64,000 nt of DNA, taken from positions 148,738,001 to 148,802,000 of the forward strand of contig NC_091984.1 of NCBI RefSeq assembly GCF_044704955.1, given 5' to 3'. Under the pieces are notes generated by a model, which saw nothing but the letters and a program-made list of their open reading frames with translations, ran no database searches and was not told the DNA's origin. Both the position numbers and the translations under genes were made by a program. The DNA is from Pristiophorus japonicus. Lineage: Eukaryota. Below are positions 12,240-25,465 of the stretch, one piece after another (the stretch's first letter is position 1; each line of letters opens with the position of its first letter).

Positions 12240-12915
12240 TGATTAGTCTGAGCTTTCGACCACACATCTGCAGCATAACTAAGACCGCCTATTTCCATCT
12301 CCGTAATATCGCCCGTCTCCACCTCTGCCTCAGCTCATCTGCTGCTGAAACCCTCATCCATGCCTTTGTTACCTCTAGACCCGACTATTCCAACGCACTC
12401 CTGGCTGGCCTCCCACATTCTACCCTATGTAAACTAGAGGTGATCCAAAACTTGGCTGTCCGTGTCCTAACTTGCACCGAGTCCCGCTCACCCATCACCC
12501 CTGTGCTCACCTACATTGGCTCCCGGTTAAGCAATGCCTCGATTTCAAAATTTTCAACCTTGTTTTCAAACCCCTTCATGGCCTCGTCCCTCCCTATCTC
12601 TGTAATCTCCTCCAGCCCCACAACCCCCCGAGATGTCTGCGCTCCTCTAATTCTGCCCTCTTGAGCATCCCTGATTATAATCGCTCAAAATGTTGCCTGG
12701 GCCCCAAGCTCTGGAACTCCCTCCCTAAACCTCTCTGCCTCTCTACCTCTCTTTCCTCCTTCAAGACGCATCTTAAAACCTACCGCTTTGACCTGCGCTA
12801 ATTTCTACTTTTGCGGCTCGGTGTCAAATTTGTATCGCATAATACTCCTGTGAAGCATCTTGGGACGTTTCACTATGTTAAAGGTGCTATATAAATACAA
12901 GTTGTTGTTGTTGTT
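12240..12915 (+). mobile_element. L2-clade LINE 3' fragment
   Basis: AYFHLRNIARL...LIHAFVTSRPDYSNALL...ITPVL..LHWLPV; tail GCTATATAAATACAAG(TTG)n. Confidence 0.9.
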
Positions 12916-13259
12916 GGGAACAAGTAGAAACAGAAGGAGGCGCTGTCGAGCCTCTCCAAGAACATAACCCAGTTGAGAGCAGACACCATCCAACTGTTTG
13001 TAGACAAAACCCACGCAAGGATTCAACCGCTCTGTGATGCCGTGCAATAAAGTGTGGGCTGAAGTACTCAGTGTGCTGGGGAACTTGGCCAAGGGGGGAA
13101 TCAGAGGGTCCAGGTGCTACTGCACCTGGATGGAAACAGTGAGCAGGTCACCAGGTCCTGTCGTTGAACACTGCACTCAGTATTCCCACGTATTGGATCT
13201 GCCAAGGCTTCCTCAGTAACTGAGAATGATCCAGGGGAACCCAACAAGGGCTACATGGA

Positions 13260-14122
13260 CTTCCTCAGTAACTGAGGAACATACCATTAATGTCCATGGG
13301 GGTTGAGGTGGTTGGGGAGAGGTGAAAAACATACCATTATTGTTCCGGGGGTTGTCAGCGAGGGAGCGGTGAGGAACATACCATTATTTTCCCCTGGGGG
13401 CGAGAGGGGGGGAGGTGAGAAACATACAATAATTTTTCCCAGTGTGGGGGAGAGAGGAGAGGCAGAGGTGAGTAACATAACATTAGTGTCCCTGGGAGGG
13501 GAGACGAGAGGGAGAGTTGAGGAACAGACCATTATTGGCACTGGGGAGAGGGAGCGGTGAGGACCATCCCATTATTGTCCCCAGCGGGGGAGAGAAGAGG
13601 GACCAGTGAGGAACATACCATTGTTGTCCCCGGTGGGGTGGGCGGGGAGTGGTGGAGAGGAAGTGGAGAGATTAGGAACATACCATTATGTCCCGCTAGG
13701 GGAGAGGACGAGTTGAGGAAGATATTATTATTTTCCGTGGAGAGGTTGTGGGGGAGAGGAGAGGGAGAAGTGAGGAACATACCATTATTCTCCCTGGCAG
13801 GGTTGGGGGTAGAGAAGAGGGAGAGGTGAGGAACATACCATTATTGTCCCCGGGGGGGAGAGGGAGAGGTGAGGAACGTACCATTATTGTCCCCAGGAGG
13901 GGAGAGGGAGAGGTGAGGAACATACCATTATTGTCCCTGGTGGGGGAGAGGAGAGGGAGAGGTGAGGAACATACCATTATTGTCCTCAGGGGGGGAGAGG
14001 GAGAGGTGAGGAACATACCATTATTGTTACCGTTGGGGTAGGGGCAGAGAAGGAGATGTGAGGAACATACCATTATTGTTACCGTTGTGGGAGGGGCAGA
14101 GAGGGCGAGGTGAGAAACATAC
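13260..14122. repeat. Purine-rich minisatellite, variable ~40-60 bp unit (also at ~1660-1775)
   Basis: About 17 copies of core GAGGAACATACCATTATTGTCCC separated by G/A-rich spacers. Confidence 0.9.
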
Positions 14123-15790
14123 TGTCGTGTATGGAGAAAGAATCAGACTGAACACTGTGAGCTCAAAGTAAAGTGTGACCTGAGTCTTTTATTGCAGGTC
14201 TCCAGAGCGCCTCTTCAACCTGTGAGGCCTCCTTAAATACCTGTGCTTCCAAGGGATTATGGGATCCCTTGGGACTCCAGGGGATGAGCCCTCTGGTGGC
14301 TGTACAGAGTAAATATAAATCCACATATATAACAACACTCCCCCGCCCCACCAAAGTCAATAGTGTAACTATTTACAATGTGAGACGATCTGGGGTCCTT
14401 CTTGCCCTGGTTGATCATCTCAGTGTGAAGGCTGGTGTTGTTGAATCATTTGTTGGGCCCTCGCTGGGCTGCTGTGCAGCTGGCTTTGCTGGGCTGCCTG
14501 GTGTGTTGGGCCCTGCTGGGCAGCTGTGGATGATGGGTTCTACTTCGTGATCAACTGTGGTGCCGGTTGCCACTGGTGTGTATGTTGGGGGATCAAAAAA
14601 GGTAGGGTCCAAGGTGGGTTGCTCAGGGTAGTCTGTTAATCTGTGTTTGATTTGGTCCAAGTGGTTCCGGTGAATGAGTCCATTTGAAAGTTTGACCCGA
14701 AACACCCTGCTCCACTCTTTGACCAGGACAGTGCCGGGAAGCCACTTGGGACCTTGTCCATAATTTAATACAAATACAGGATCATTGATTTCAATCTCAC
14801 GTGACACATTTGCGCTATCATGGTGTGCACTTTGTTGAAGCCGCCTGCTCTCTACCTGTTCATGTAGATCAGGGTGAACTAACGAGAGCCTTGTCTTAAG
14901 TGCTCTTTTCATGAGCAGTTCAGCAGGTGGGATCCCAGTAAGTGAGTGGGGTCTCGTGCGGTAGCTGAGCAGGACTCGGGATAGGCGAGTCTGCAGTGAG
15001 CCTTCAGTTACCCTCTTCAAGCCTTGCTTGATGGTTTGCACTGCTCTCTCTGCCTGACCATTGGACGCCGGTTTAAACGGGGCAGATGTGACATGTTTGA
15101 TCCCGTTATGGGTCATGAATTCTTTGAACTCAGCACTGGTAAAACATGGCCCGTTGTCGCTCACCAGGACATTGGGTGGGCCGTGTGTGGCAAACATGGC
15201 GAGCAGGCTTTCAGTGGTGGCAGCGGACGTGCTAGCCGACATTATCTCACATTCAATCCACTTGGAGTACGCGTCTACAACCACAAGGAACATTTTACCT
15301 GTCGACTTGTACCCTAGACCACGGTTTGGGGGCCAAGACCATAAACTTAGCAGCGCCTTCCTAGGTACATTTCTTAACTGCGAGCATGTATTATATCTGT
15401 GAACGCAGGACTTTAAGTCCGCATCGATACCGGGCCACCACACGTGGGATTTGGCTGTCGCTTTCATCATTACGATGCCTGAGTGGGTACTGTGGAGGTC
15501 ATTGATGAAGGTGTCTCTGCCCTTCTTGGGGACCACTACACGATTGCCCCACAGAAGGCAGTCTGCCTGTATAGACATTTCATCTTTGCGCCGCTGGAAC
15601 GGCTTTATCTCTTCCTGCATTTCCACTGGGACACTGGACCAGCTCCCGTGAAGCACACAGCTTTTGAATAGAGATAATAAGGGGTCCTGGCTTGTCCAGG
15701 TTTTGATCTGCTGGGCAGTGACGGGTGATCACTCACTCTCAAATGCTTCCATAACCATGCCTAGGTCTGCGGGCTGTGCCATTTCCATGA
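14123..15790 (-). mobile_element. Gypsy LTR retrotransposon 3' portion (integrase + 3' LTR 14123-14334), truncated at a CR1
   Basis: ORF 14415-15656: LHSTHSGIVMMK..VWWPGID, VDAYSKW, SDNGPCF, SNGQAERAVQ. A G-rich PPT lies next to a TG...CA LTR containing AATAAA. Confidence 0.92.
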
Positions 15791-18770
15791 GTAAAAGTGG
15801 AGGGCGGAGAAACCCAAGGCAAAAAACAAAAAGGGCCACTTTGCAGTAAAATTCTAAATGGTTAAAATGTGTTAAAAAGGCTAGCCTGAAGGCTCTGTGC
15901 CTCAATTCGAGGAGTATTCGGAATAAAGTGGACAAATTAACTGTGCAGAGAGCAGTTAACGGATACGATGTGGTTGGCATCACGGAGACATGGCTCCAGG
16001 GTGACCAAGGCTGGGAAGTCAACATCCAGGGGTATTCAGCATTTAGAAAGGATAGACAGAAAGGAAAAGGAGGCGGGGTGGCGTTGCTGGTTAAAGAAGA
16101 AGTTAATGCAATAGTGAGGAAAGACATTAGCTTGGATGATGTGGAATCGGTATGGGTGGAGCTACGGAATACCAAAGGGCAGAAAACGCTAGTGGGAGTT
16201 GTGTACAGACCTCTAAACAGTAGTAGTGATGTTGGGGAGGGCATCAAACAGGAAATTAGGGGTGCATGCAATAAAGGTGCAGCAGTTATCATAGGTGACT
16301 ATAATATGCATATAGATTGGGATAACCAAACTGCAAACAATACGGTGGAGGAGGATTTCCTGGAGTGCATAAGGAATGGTTTTCTAGACCAATATGTTGA
16401 GGAACCAACTCGGGGGGAGGCCATCTTAGACTGGGTGTTGTGTAATGCGAGAGGATTAATTAGCAAACATGTTGTGCGAAGCCCCTTGGGAAGAGTGACC
16501 TAATATGGTGGAATTCTACATTAGGATGGAGAATGAAACAGTTAATTCAGAGACCATGGTCCATAACTTAAAGAAGGGTAACTTTTAAGATATGAGGCAT
16601 GAATTGGCTAGGATAGATTGGCGAATGATACTTAAGGGGTTGACAGTGGATGGGCAATGGCAGACATTTAGAGACTGCATGGATGAATTACAACAATTGT
16701 ACATCCCTGTCTGGCGTAAAAATAAAAAAGGGAAGATGGCTATCAAGGGAAATCAGGGATAGTATTAAAGCCAAGGAAGTGGCATACAAATTGGCAGAAA
16801 TAGCAGCGAACCCGGGGACTGGGAGAAATTTAGAACTCAGCAGAGGAGGACAAAGGGTTTGATTAGGGCAGGGAAAATGGAGTACCAGAGAAAGCTTGCA
16901 GGGAACATTGAGATGGACTGCAAAAGCTTCTATAGATATGTAAAGAGAAAAAGGTTAGTAAAGACAAACGTAGGTCCCCTGCAGTCAGAATCAGGGGAAG
17001 TCATAACTGGGAACAAAGAAATGGCAGACCAATTGAACAAGTACTTTGGTTCGGTATTCACTAAGGAGGACACAAACAACCTTCCGGATATAAAAGGGGT
17101 CAGAGGATCTTGTAAGAAGGAGGAACTAAGGGAAATTCTTATTAGTCGGGAAATTGTGTTGGGGAAGTTGACGGGATTGAAGGCCGATAAATCCCCAGTA
17201 CCTGATGAACTGCATCCCAGAGTACTTAAGGAGGTGGCCTTGAAAATAGCGGATGCATTGACAGTCATTTTCCAACATTCCATTGACTCTGGATCAGTTC
17301 CTATGGAGTGGAGGGTAGCCAATGTAACCCCACTTTTTAAAAAAGGAGGGAGAGAGAAAACAGGGAATTATAGGCCGGTCAGTCTGACATCGGTAGTGGG
17401 TAAAATGATGGAATCAATTATTAAGGATGTCATAGCAGCGCATTTGGAAAGAGGTGACATGATAGGTCCAAGTCAGCATGGATTTGTGAAAGGGAAATCA
17501 TGCTTGACAAATCTTCTGGAATTTTTTGAGGATATTTCCAGTAGAGTGGATAAGGGGGAACCAGTTGATGTGGTATATTTGGACTTTCAGAAGACTTTCG
17601 ACCAGGTCCCACACAAGAGATTAATGTGCAAAGTTAAAGCACATGGGATTGGGGGTAGTGTGCTGAAGTGGATTGAGAACTGGTTGGCAGACAGGAAGCA
17701 AAGAGTAGGAGTAAATGGGTACTTTTCAGAATGGCAGGCAGTGACTAGTGGGGTAACGCAAGGTTCTGTGCTGGTGCCCCAGCTGTTTACATTGTACATT
17801 AATGAATTAGACGAGGGGATTAAATGTAGTATCTCCAAATTTGCGAATGACACTAAGTTGGGTGGCAGTGTGAGCTGCGAGGAGGATGCTGTAAGGCTGC
17901 AGAGTGACTTGGATATGTTAGGTGAGTGGGCAAATGCATGGCAGATGAAGTATAATGTGGATAAATGTGAGGTTATCCACTTTAGTAGTAAAAACAAAGA
18001 GACAGACTATTATCTGAATGGTGACAGATTAGGAAAAGGGGTGACCTGGGTGTCATGGTACATCAGTCATTGAAGGTTGGCATGCAGGTACAGCAGGTGG
18101 TTAAGAAAGCAAATGGCATGTTGGCCTTCATAGCGAGGGGATTTGAGTACAGGGTAGGGAGGTGTTACTATAGTTGTACAGGGCCTTGGTGAGGCCACAC
18201 CTGGAGTATTGTGTACAGTTTTGGTCTCCTAACTTGAGGAAGGACATTCTTGCTATTGAGGGAGTGCAGCGAAGGTTCACCAGACTGATTCCCGGGATGG
18301 CGGGACTGATATATCAAGAAAGACTGGATCAACTGGGCTTGTATTCACTGGAGTTCAGAAGAATGAGAGGGGATCTCATAGAAACGTTTAAAATTCTGAC
18401 GGGTTTGGACAGGTTAGATGCAGGATGAATGTTCCCAATTTTGGGGAAGTCCAGAACCAGGGGTCACAGTCTAAGGATAAGGGATAAGCCATTTAGGACC
18501 GAGATGAGGAGAAACTTCTTCACCCAGAGAGTGGTGAACCTGTGGGATTCTCTACCACAGAAAGTTGTTGAAGCCAATTCACTAAATATATTCAAAAAGG
18601 AGTTTGATGTAGTCCTTACTACTAGGGGGATCAAGGGGTATGGCGAGAAAGCAGGAATGGGGTACTGATGTTACATGTTCAGCCATTAACTCATTGAATG
18701 GCCATGCAGTATCGAAGGGCCGAATGGCCTACTCCTGCACCTATTTTTTATGTTTCTATTTTTCTATGCC
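15790..18770 (+). mobile_element. CR1-clade LINE, nearly complete ORF2 (APE + RT) with stops and frameshifts
   Basis: NSRSIRNK, ITETWL, GGGVALLV, NYRPVSLTS, LDFQKTFD, GVTQGSVL, KFANDTK, RPHLEYC; CR1 3' hairpin and tail. Confidence 0.95.
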
Positions 18771-19669
18771 TTCACATTATTAAAGCACAGTCACCACTCA
18801 GTCCCAACCCAAACTGGTGCAAGGCAGGAAATGGCCGGCCCATTGTCTTCCAGGAGATAAGCCGGTTAAGCAAGATCGGTTTGTGATCGAAGCCCATTAC
18901 CTGCTAATGGGGGCCATCAACTCAGGAAACGACAGACATCCAGTAATCAGCACCCATTGTCTCTCCAGACGCAAGGCCTGGGAGCGGAAAAACAAAATAT
19001 CATTTTTCACAAAGATTTCAAAGGATACAAGCGACTCCAGGCCCCGGGGGGATGCAGACAGATCGCCGGATTCAATCCATCGTTCAGTATCGGCGGGAGG
19101 AAAGCTGATGGGTTTTGGGGATATAAGGAGCCGCTTTACAACATTTCGAAGCTCTCTTCATTCAACGAAATACCGCCAGAATCTGAGTGCTGGTCTTCAA
19201 TCCTCACCAACGGACCTCGACTCAAACTGGAACTTGGATTCTGTGTCGGCGGTACGGAACCAGGAGCGAGACGTCCAGGAAGAAGCTGCAAGCAAGACAA
19301 CGGGCAATCCGTGTGAGCATATTGCCTGCGCCTGCACATCCGCAAGACCACTTAGCTGTGTGAGGGGGTGATTGTAAGTCCCAACCAAACCCAAGGGGTT
19401 TAGTGCTGGGGGAGTCCTGTGTTAGTTTATTTCACGGGAAGGTTCTTTTATTGAGCCGTGGTAACTTAGCACGGCAGGGCTTATTGGACAGGCCAGGGTT
19501 GTACTGTTTTGCACTGTTTATGTGTGGTATTGTTAATCTTATTAAACACAATACGGTTGAACCTGAAAAACGTGTGTCCAAGTCTGATCTGTCCATATAA
19601 TCCGTATCGTCCAGAACTTGTCGTAGGAGGTGCATTTTCGGTACGCCCGATAAAACCACCTATAGGCAC

Positions 19670-19935
19670 CCCCTCAGTCCTGCCCCTCCGACAGTGCGGC
19701 ATTCCCTCAGTACTACCCCTCCGACAGTGCAGCATACCCTTGGCACTGCCCCTCCGACAGTGCAACACTCCCTCAGCACTGCCCCTCCGACAATGCAGCA
19801 CTCCCTCAGTACTGCCCCTCTGACAGTGCAGCACTCCCTCAGTACTGCCCCTCTGACAGTGCAGCACTCCCTCAGGACTGCACAGTAGTGTATGTCTTTA
19901 TTTTGCACTCAGATCCCTGGAGTGGGGCTTGAACC
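19670..19935 (-). repeat. Deu-type SINE fragment with a 33-bp unit amplified in tandem
   Basis: About 6 copies of CCCTCAGTACTGCCCCTCCGACAGTGCAGCACT, followed by SINE head sequence (GGAGTGGGGCTTGAACC). Confidence 0.8.
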
Positions 19936-21304
19936 CTCGGTACAACATTGCATCACTGGATGCCGCACAGTCTGAGCTGTGAGTCATATCCCGACCTCAG
20001 TTGGAACAGCTAACTCAGAACAAACAACAACAGTAACTTTTATACAGCACCTTTAACACAGTAAAACTCCCCGAGCGCTTCACAGGAGCGTTATAGAATA
20101 AAGATTGACAGCGAGCCACGTAAGGAGACATTGAAAATTGCAGCTCAGTCAAATTGTGAGGGAAATTGGCAGTGCTGTCTTCATACCAAAAGGGGGCGAT
20201 GTTGGTTCTGAAAAGACCAAATTTTTTGACAATTTCTGTGTCACTCAATTGATTGGTTTGTAAAACCCGTTTGTACCAAACCTCCAGTCAGGTTTGCAGA
20301 ATCATTTCCAGTTCCCCACGTGTCATTTGATGGTGGATCTCAGCGTGTATCTCCTCGTCCGCTCGTGAGGCGGTGTCCCAGATCGATTGGCGGGTCAGTA
20401 GCCACTCCGCACGGCAGCGAGCATCGGCAGGCCATTCCACTGTGGGAGGCCTCACCGCGGAGCTCGGTGCACGGGGTATATCCACAGAGAGAGGCTCTTC
20501 TGCCAGGTAGAGCTGTAACAACCTGCATTGCTGTAGCAAATGGAACAATAGAACAACATCCCGAGGCAGCTGACAGAGGTGTAATCTGGTCCAAGTGGTG
20601 CTGAGCCAAAGGGGGAGGGGCTGGGAGGGTGATCAAAACCCTCAGTCACAGATTGGGTTTGAAGGGAGGTCTTAAAAGAGGAGAAGGGTGGAGTGGCAGA
20701 GAGGTTTAGGGAGCAGGGAGTTGGGGCCCAGGCAGCTGAAGGCACAGCCCCCAATGGAGGGGGAAGGGAAGGGGGGATGGATAAGAAGCCTGAGCCAGAT
20801 ACAGCGGCCCCTGAACACAACAGCAACTTGCATTTATATAGCGAGTGTTGTGACAATGACAGACAGTGAGAATATAACCCTGATAATGTAACACAGTATT
20901 TGCAGCACTTGACACTGTGGGGAAAGCTTGTAATTTTAAATCCATGAGCTGTACATAAGCGAGAGCAGGACCTGTTTGTGGCCGGTGCGGAGATCACCAC
21001 TTACAGAAGGTAGTTACTGCAGGGAATTCAGGGCCACAGTGACCTCCTGGACTAGTTTCCATCGCCTCGGGCGGGGGGCGGGGGTCGGAGAGGAGTTTCC
21101 CAGATTTATTTCCCCCAATGGGTTTTTTACCTGGTTTTTCGCCTCTCCCAGGAGATCAGGTAGTTTTGGGTGGGGTGGAGATTCTATACTGTGATACACC
21201 AGGTATCACAATTGTGTGGGACGGGCTGGATGGACCACAGGGTCTTTACCTGTCCGTCACTGTCCGCAGGTTTGGGTTTCAAAGATGTAGAGCTGATTTG
21301 GAAA

Positions 21305-22172
21305 GAAAGACTTGCATTTATATAGAGCCTTTCATCACCTGAGGACATCCCAAAACGCTTTATAGCCATTGAAGTACTTTTGAAGTGTAGTCACAGCGGT
21401 AATGGAGGAGACACGACAGACAGTTTGTGCACAGCAAGCTCCCACATGTGACTATGACCAAATAATGGCCCAAATTGCGTATCGTCCCCGTTGGGGCAGT
21501 AACATTCCCACACCGAAGTCCCGTCCCGGATGTGAATTTGGGGTCACGACCCCTGACAGGAAGTGGGGCGCAATGTGACACGATGCAATTCCCCTGGGGG
21601 TGGGCTCGAGGGCGAGTGTCGGGCTGCACCATCGCGGCACTGACCCTGTCACATCGGCACAGGAAGGTCCAACCGATAAGTCGGCAAAAACAAATGGCGG
21701 GGCGCAGCGGCGCGCACCTCCTGTTAAGTTTCACCCCGCGAGCGAATTGCGGCCCGGTTCATTCCCACAGGCCTGGGGCGGACACGGCTCACGGGTGCTG
21801 ACACCAATCACGTCTCACACCCCGTTCGCGCCCCCCAGCTGCATGAATGGCAGGCGCACAGCTGGGAATTTTCGTCCCCAATCTGATTTTGTGATGTTGA
21901 TTGAGGGATAAATATTGGCCAGGACCCCGGGGAGAACTCCCCTGCTCTTCTTCAAAGTAGTGGCATGGGATTGTTAACACCCACCTGGATGGCAGACGAG
22001 TCCTCACTTTCACCTCTTGCCTGAAAGACGGCCCCTCCGACAGTGCGGCATTCCCTCAGTGCTGCACTGGGACTGTCAGTCTAGATTTTTGAGCTTAGTC
22101 TCTGGAGTGGGACTTGAAACCACAACCTTCGGACTCAGAGGTGAGTGTGCTGCCCATTGAGCCACAGCTGAC
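21305..22172 (-). mobile_element. tRNA-derived Deu-domain SINE interrupted by a ~410-bp CpG-rich insert (21466-21879)
   Basis: A/B-box head (TGGCTCAATGG, GGTTTCAAGTCC) and L2-like tail; colinear with the SINE at 48113-48553. Confidence 0.8.
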
Positions 22173-22335
22173 TGAGCTGAAAACTTAAGGCCCATTAATG
22201 GCCCATCGACGGTGTTCGCCCTCAGTGGGGTGAACAAATTATGGTCTGAATGATGTAGGCCGGGCCATTTTCTGCTTTTTTTTAGTTTTACATTTATTTC
22301 GGCTAAGTTAGTTCTCAGTCTATTAATTAGAGGCA

Positions 22336-25300
22336 TTGCAGGGCAGTTCTGCCCCATGGAGTGCCATGTGGGAAGTCCTGGACGCTTCTCGTGGCCTGGA
22401 CGACCACATGTGCAGGAAGTGTCACCAGCTACAGCAACTCGAGCTCCGCGTTTCAGAGATTGAGCGGGGGCTGGAGTCACTGCAGTGCATCCGCGAGGCT
22501 GAGAACTTCGTGGATAACACGTTTCTAGAGGTGGCCACCCGACAGCTTAAGAGTGTGCAGATAGAAAGGGAATGGGTGACCACCAGACAGAAGAGGAGGT
22601 CCAGGCAGGTAGTGCAGGTGCCATTATTGTGTTCTGAGTACTGGTGGGGGCGATGGTTCCTCGAGGAAATGCAGCCAAAGCCAAGTCCACGGCACCACGG
22701 GTGGCTCAGCTGCACAGGGGGGAGGAAGAAGAGTGGAAGAGCAATAGTGGTAGGGGATTCGATAGTTAGGGGAACAGACAGGCGTTTCTGCGGTCACAGA
22801 CGTGACTCTAGGATGGTATGTTGCCTGTCTGGTGCCAGGGTCAAGCATGTTACTGAGTGGCTGCAATACATTCTGAGGGGGGAGGGTGAACAACCAGATG
22901 TTGTGGTCCATATCGGTACCAATGACATAGGTAGAAAAAGGAATGAGGTCCTACAGGCAGAGTTAAGGGAGCTGGGAGAGAGATTAAAAAGCAAGACCTC
23001 AAAAATAGTAATCTCTGGATTACTCCCGGTGCCACGTGCTAGTGAGTACAGAAATAGGAGGATAGAGAAGATGAATGTGTGGCTGGAGAGATGGTGCAGG
23101 AGGGCTTTAGTTTCCTGAGGCATTGGGATTGTTTCTGGGGGAGATGGGACCTGTACAAGCTGGACGGGTTGCACCTCAACAGAACCGGGACCAATATCCT
23201 CATGGAGGGGGAGTTTGTTGTTGCTGTTGGGGAGGGTTTAAACTAGCTTGGCAGGGAATGGGAACCGGAAAATAGATTCAGTGGGGAGATAAGCAAAGCT
23301 GGAATTGGAAAGCAGAAAATTAGAAAGTGAATCTGGAAGACCGAGGAAACAAAGCCTAAAAAATAGACAGCAAGGCAGTTTGGCAGTGCTAAACGGCATA
23401 TACTCCAATGCAAGGAGTATGGGGAATAAGGCAAATGAGCTGAGAGCACAGATAGACATTTCTATACTCCTCTAAAGTTCCTGTATTATTGAGCCCTCGG
23501 TATCTATCATAAGCCTTCCTTTTTTACTTTATCCTACACTGTATTTCCCTTGACATCCAGGGGCCTCTAGATTTGTTAGCCCATCCTTTTTCTTTAAGGG
23601 AACAGACTTACTCTGAAACCACAGGATTTCCTCCTTGAATGCCTCCCACTGCTCTGACACTGATTTACCTTCAAGTAGTCGTTTCCAGTCCACTTTGGCC
23701 AAATCTCATCTCATTTCAGCAAAATTGGCTTTTCCCCAATTGAGAACTTTTATTCCTGGTCGATCTTTGTCCTTTTCCATAACTACCCTAAATCTAACTA
23801 AATTATGATCACTGGCACCAAAATGCTCTCCCACTGATACCCCTTCCACCTGCCCCTCTTCATTCCCCAAAACCAAGTCAGAAACGTCCCCTCCCTTGTT
23901 GGGCTTGTTACATACTGGCAAAAAATTTTATCCTGAATGCATTTTAGGAATTCCGCACCCTCTATACCTTTCACACTAATTTTATCCCAGTTAATATTAG
24001 GTATTTGAAATCTCTTACTATTGCTGCCCTATAGTTTTTGCACTTGTCAGAAATGTGCCTACATATTTGCTCTTCTCTCTCCCTCTGACTATTTCGGGGT
24101 CTATAGTACACTCCCAGCAGTGTGATTACCTCTTTTTCATTCTTCAATTCGACCTATATGGCCTCATTTGATGATCCTTCCGACATATCATCCCTCCTCA
24201 CAGCTGTAATTGTTTCTTTCAATTGTTTGAGGAGTATAGAAAGTGCAGGGTGCAATTAAAAAGGAAATTAGGAAAGCAAAGAGAGAGCATGAAAACATTT
24301 TGGCAAGTAAAATCAAGGAAAACCCAAAGAGGTTTTATAAATACATTAAGAGCAGGAGGATAATTAAAGAAAGAGTAGGGCCTATTAGAGACCATAAAGG
24401 TAATCTGTGTGTGGAGGTGTAAGACGTGGGTAGGATTGTTAATGAATAATTTGTGTCTGTTTTCACAAAAAGAGAGGGACAATGCAGACATTGCAATCAG
24501 GGAGGAGGAGTGTGAAATATTAGGTGAAATAAACATAGTGAGAGAGGAAGTATTAAGGGGCTTAGCAGCTTTGAAAGTGGATAAATCCCCAGGGCCTGAT
24601 CAAATGTATCCCACGCTGTTAAGAGAAGCAAAAGAGGAAATAGCAGAGGCTCGAACCATCAATTTTCAATCCTCTCTGTCTACAGGTGTGGTGATGGAGG
24701 ACTGGAGGGCTGTTAACATGGTACGTTTGTTTAAAAAGGGAGTCAGCCTCACCTCGGTGGTGGGAAAATTATTGGAAAAAATCCTGAGAGACTGGATAAA
24801 TCTTCATTTAGATAGACGGATTAATCAAGGACAGTCAGCATGGATTTCTTATGGGAAGGTCGTGTCTGACTAACTTAATTGAATTCAGCGAGGAAGTAAT
24901 AAGTAGGGTCGATGAGGACAGTTCGTATGATGTAGTGTATATGGATTTTAGCAAGACATTTGATAAGGTGCCACATTGCAGACTGATCACGAAAGTAAAA
25001 GCCTATCGGATCCAGAGCAAAGTGGCAAGTTGGATCCAAAATTGGCTCAGAGGCAGGAAGCAAAGGGTAATGGTTGATGGGTGTTTTTGTGACTGGAAGG
25101 CCATTTCCAGTGGGGTTCTGCAGGGCTCAGTACTAAGTCCCTTACTTTTTGTGGTACATATCAATGACTTAGACTTGAATGTAGGGGGTATGATTAAGAA
25201 GTTTGCAGATGATACTAAAATTGGCCATGTTGTTAATAATATAGAAAAAAGCTTCAGACTGCAGGAATATATCAATGGACTGGTCAGGTGGGCAGAACAG

Positions 25301-25465
25301 TGGAAAATGGAATTCAATCCAGAGAAGTGTGAGGTTATGCATTTGGGGAGGTCTAACAGGGCAAGGGAATACACATTAACTGGTAGGACACTGAGAGGTG
25401 CAGAGGAACAAAGGCACCTGGGTTTGCATGTCCACAGATCCCTGAAGGTAGCAGGCCAGGTAGAT
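22336..25465 (+). mobile_element. CR1 LINE with ORF1 (zinc finger/leucine zipper + SGNH esterase) and degenerate ORF2 with an internal inversion
   Basis: CRKC..LELRV, VGDSIVRG, HIGTND, DGLHLN. RT motifs at 24409-25465. The endonuclease part (23459-24220) reads on the minus strand. Confidence 0.9.

Noticed and set aside
13260-14122. CRISPR-like array (constant core with variable spacers)
   Set aside because: Vertebrate DNA with no cas genes. The spacers are low-complexity G/A variants of each other and the cores are degenerate, so this is a minisatellite.
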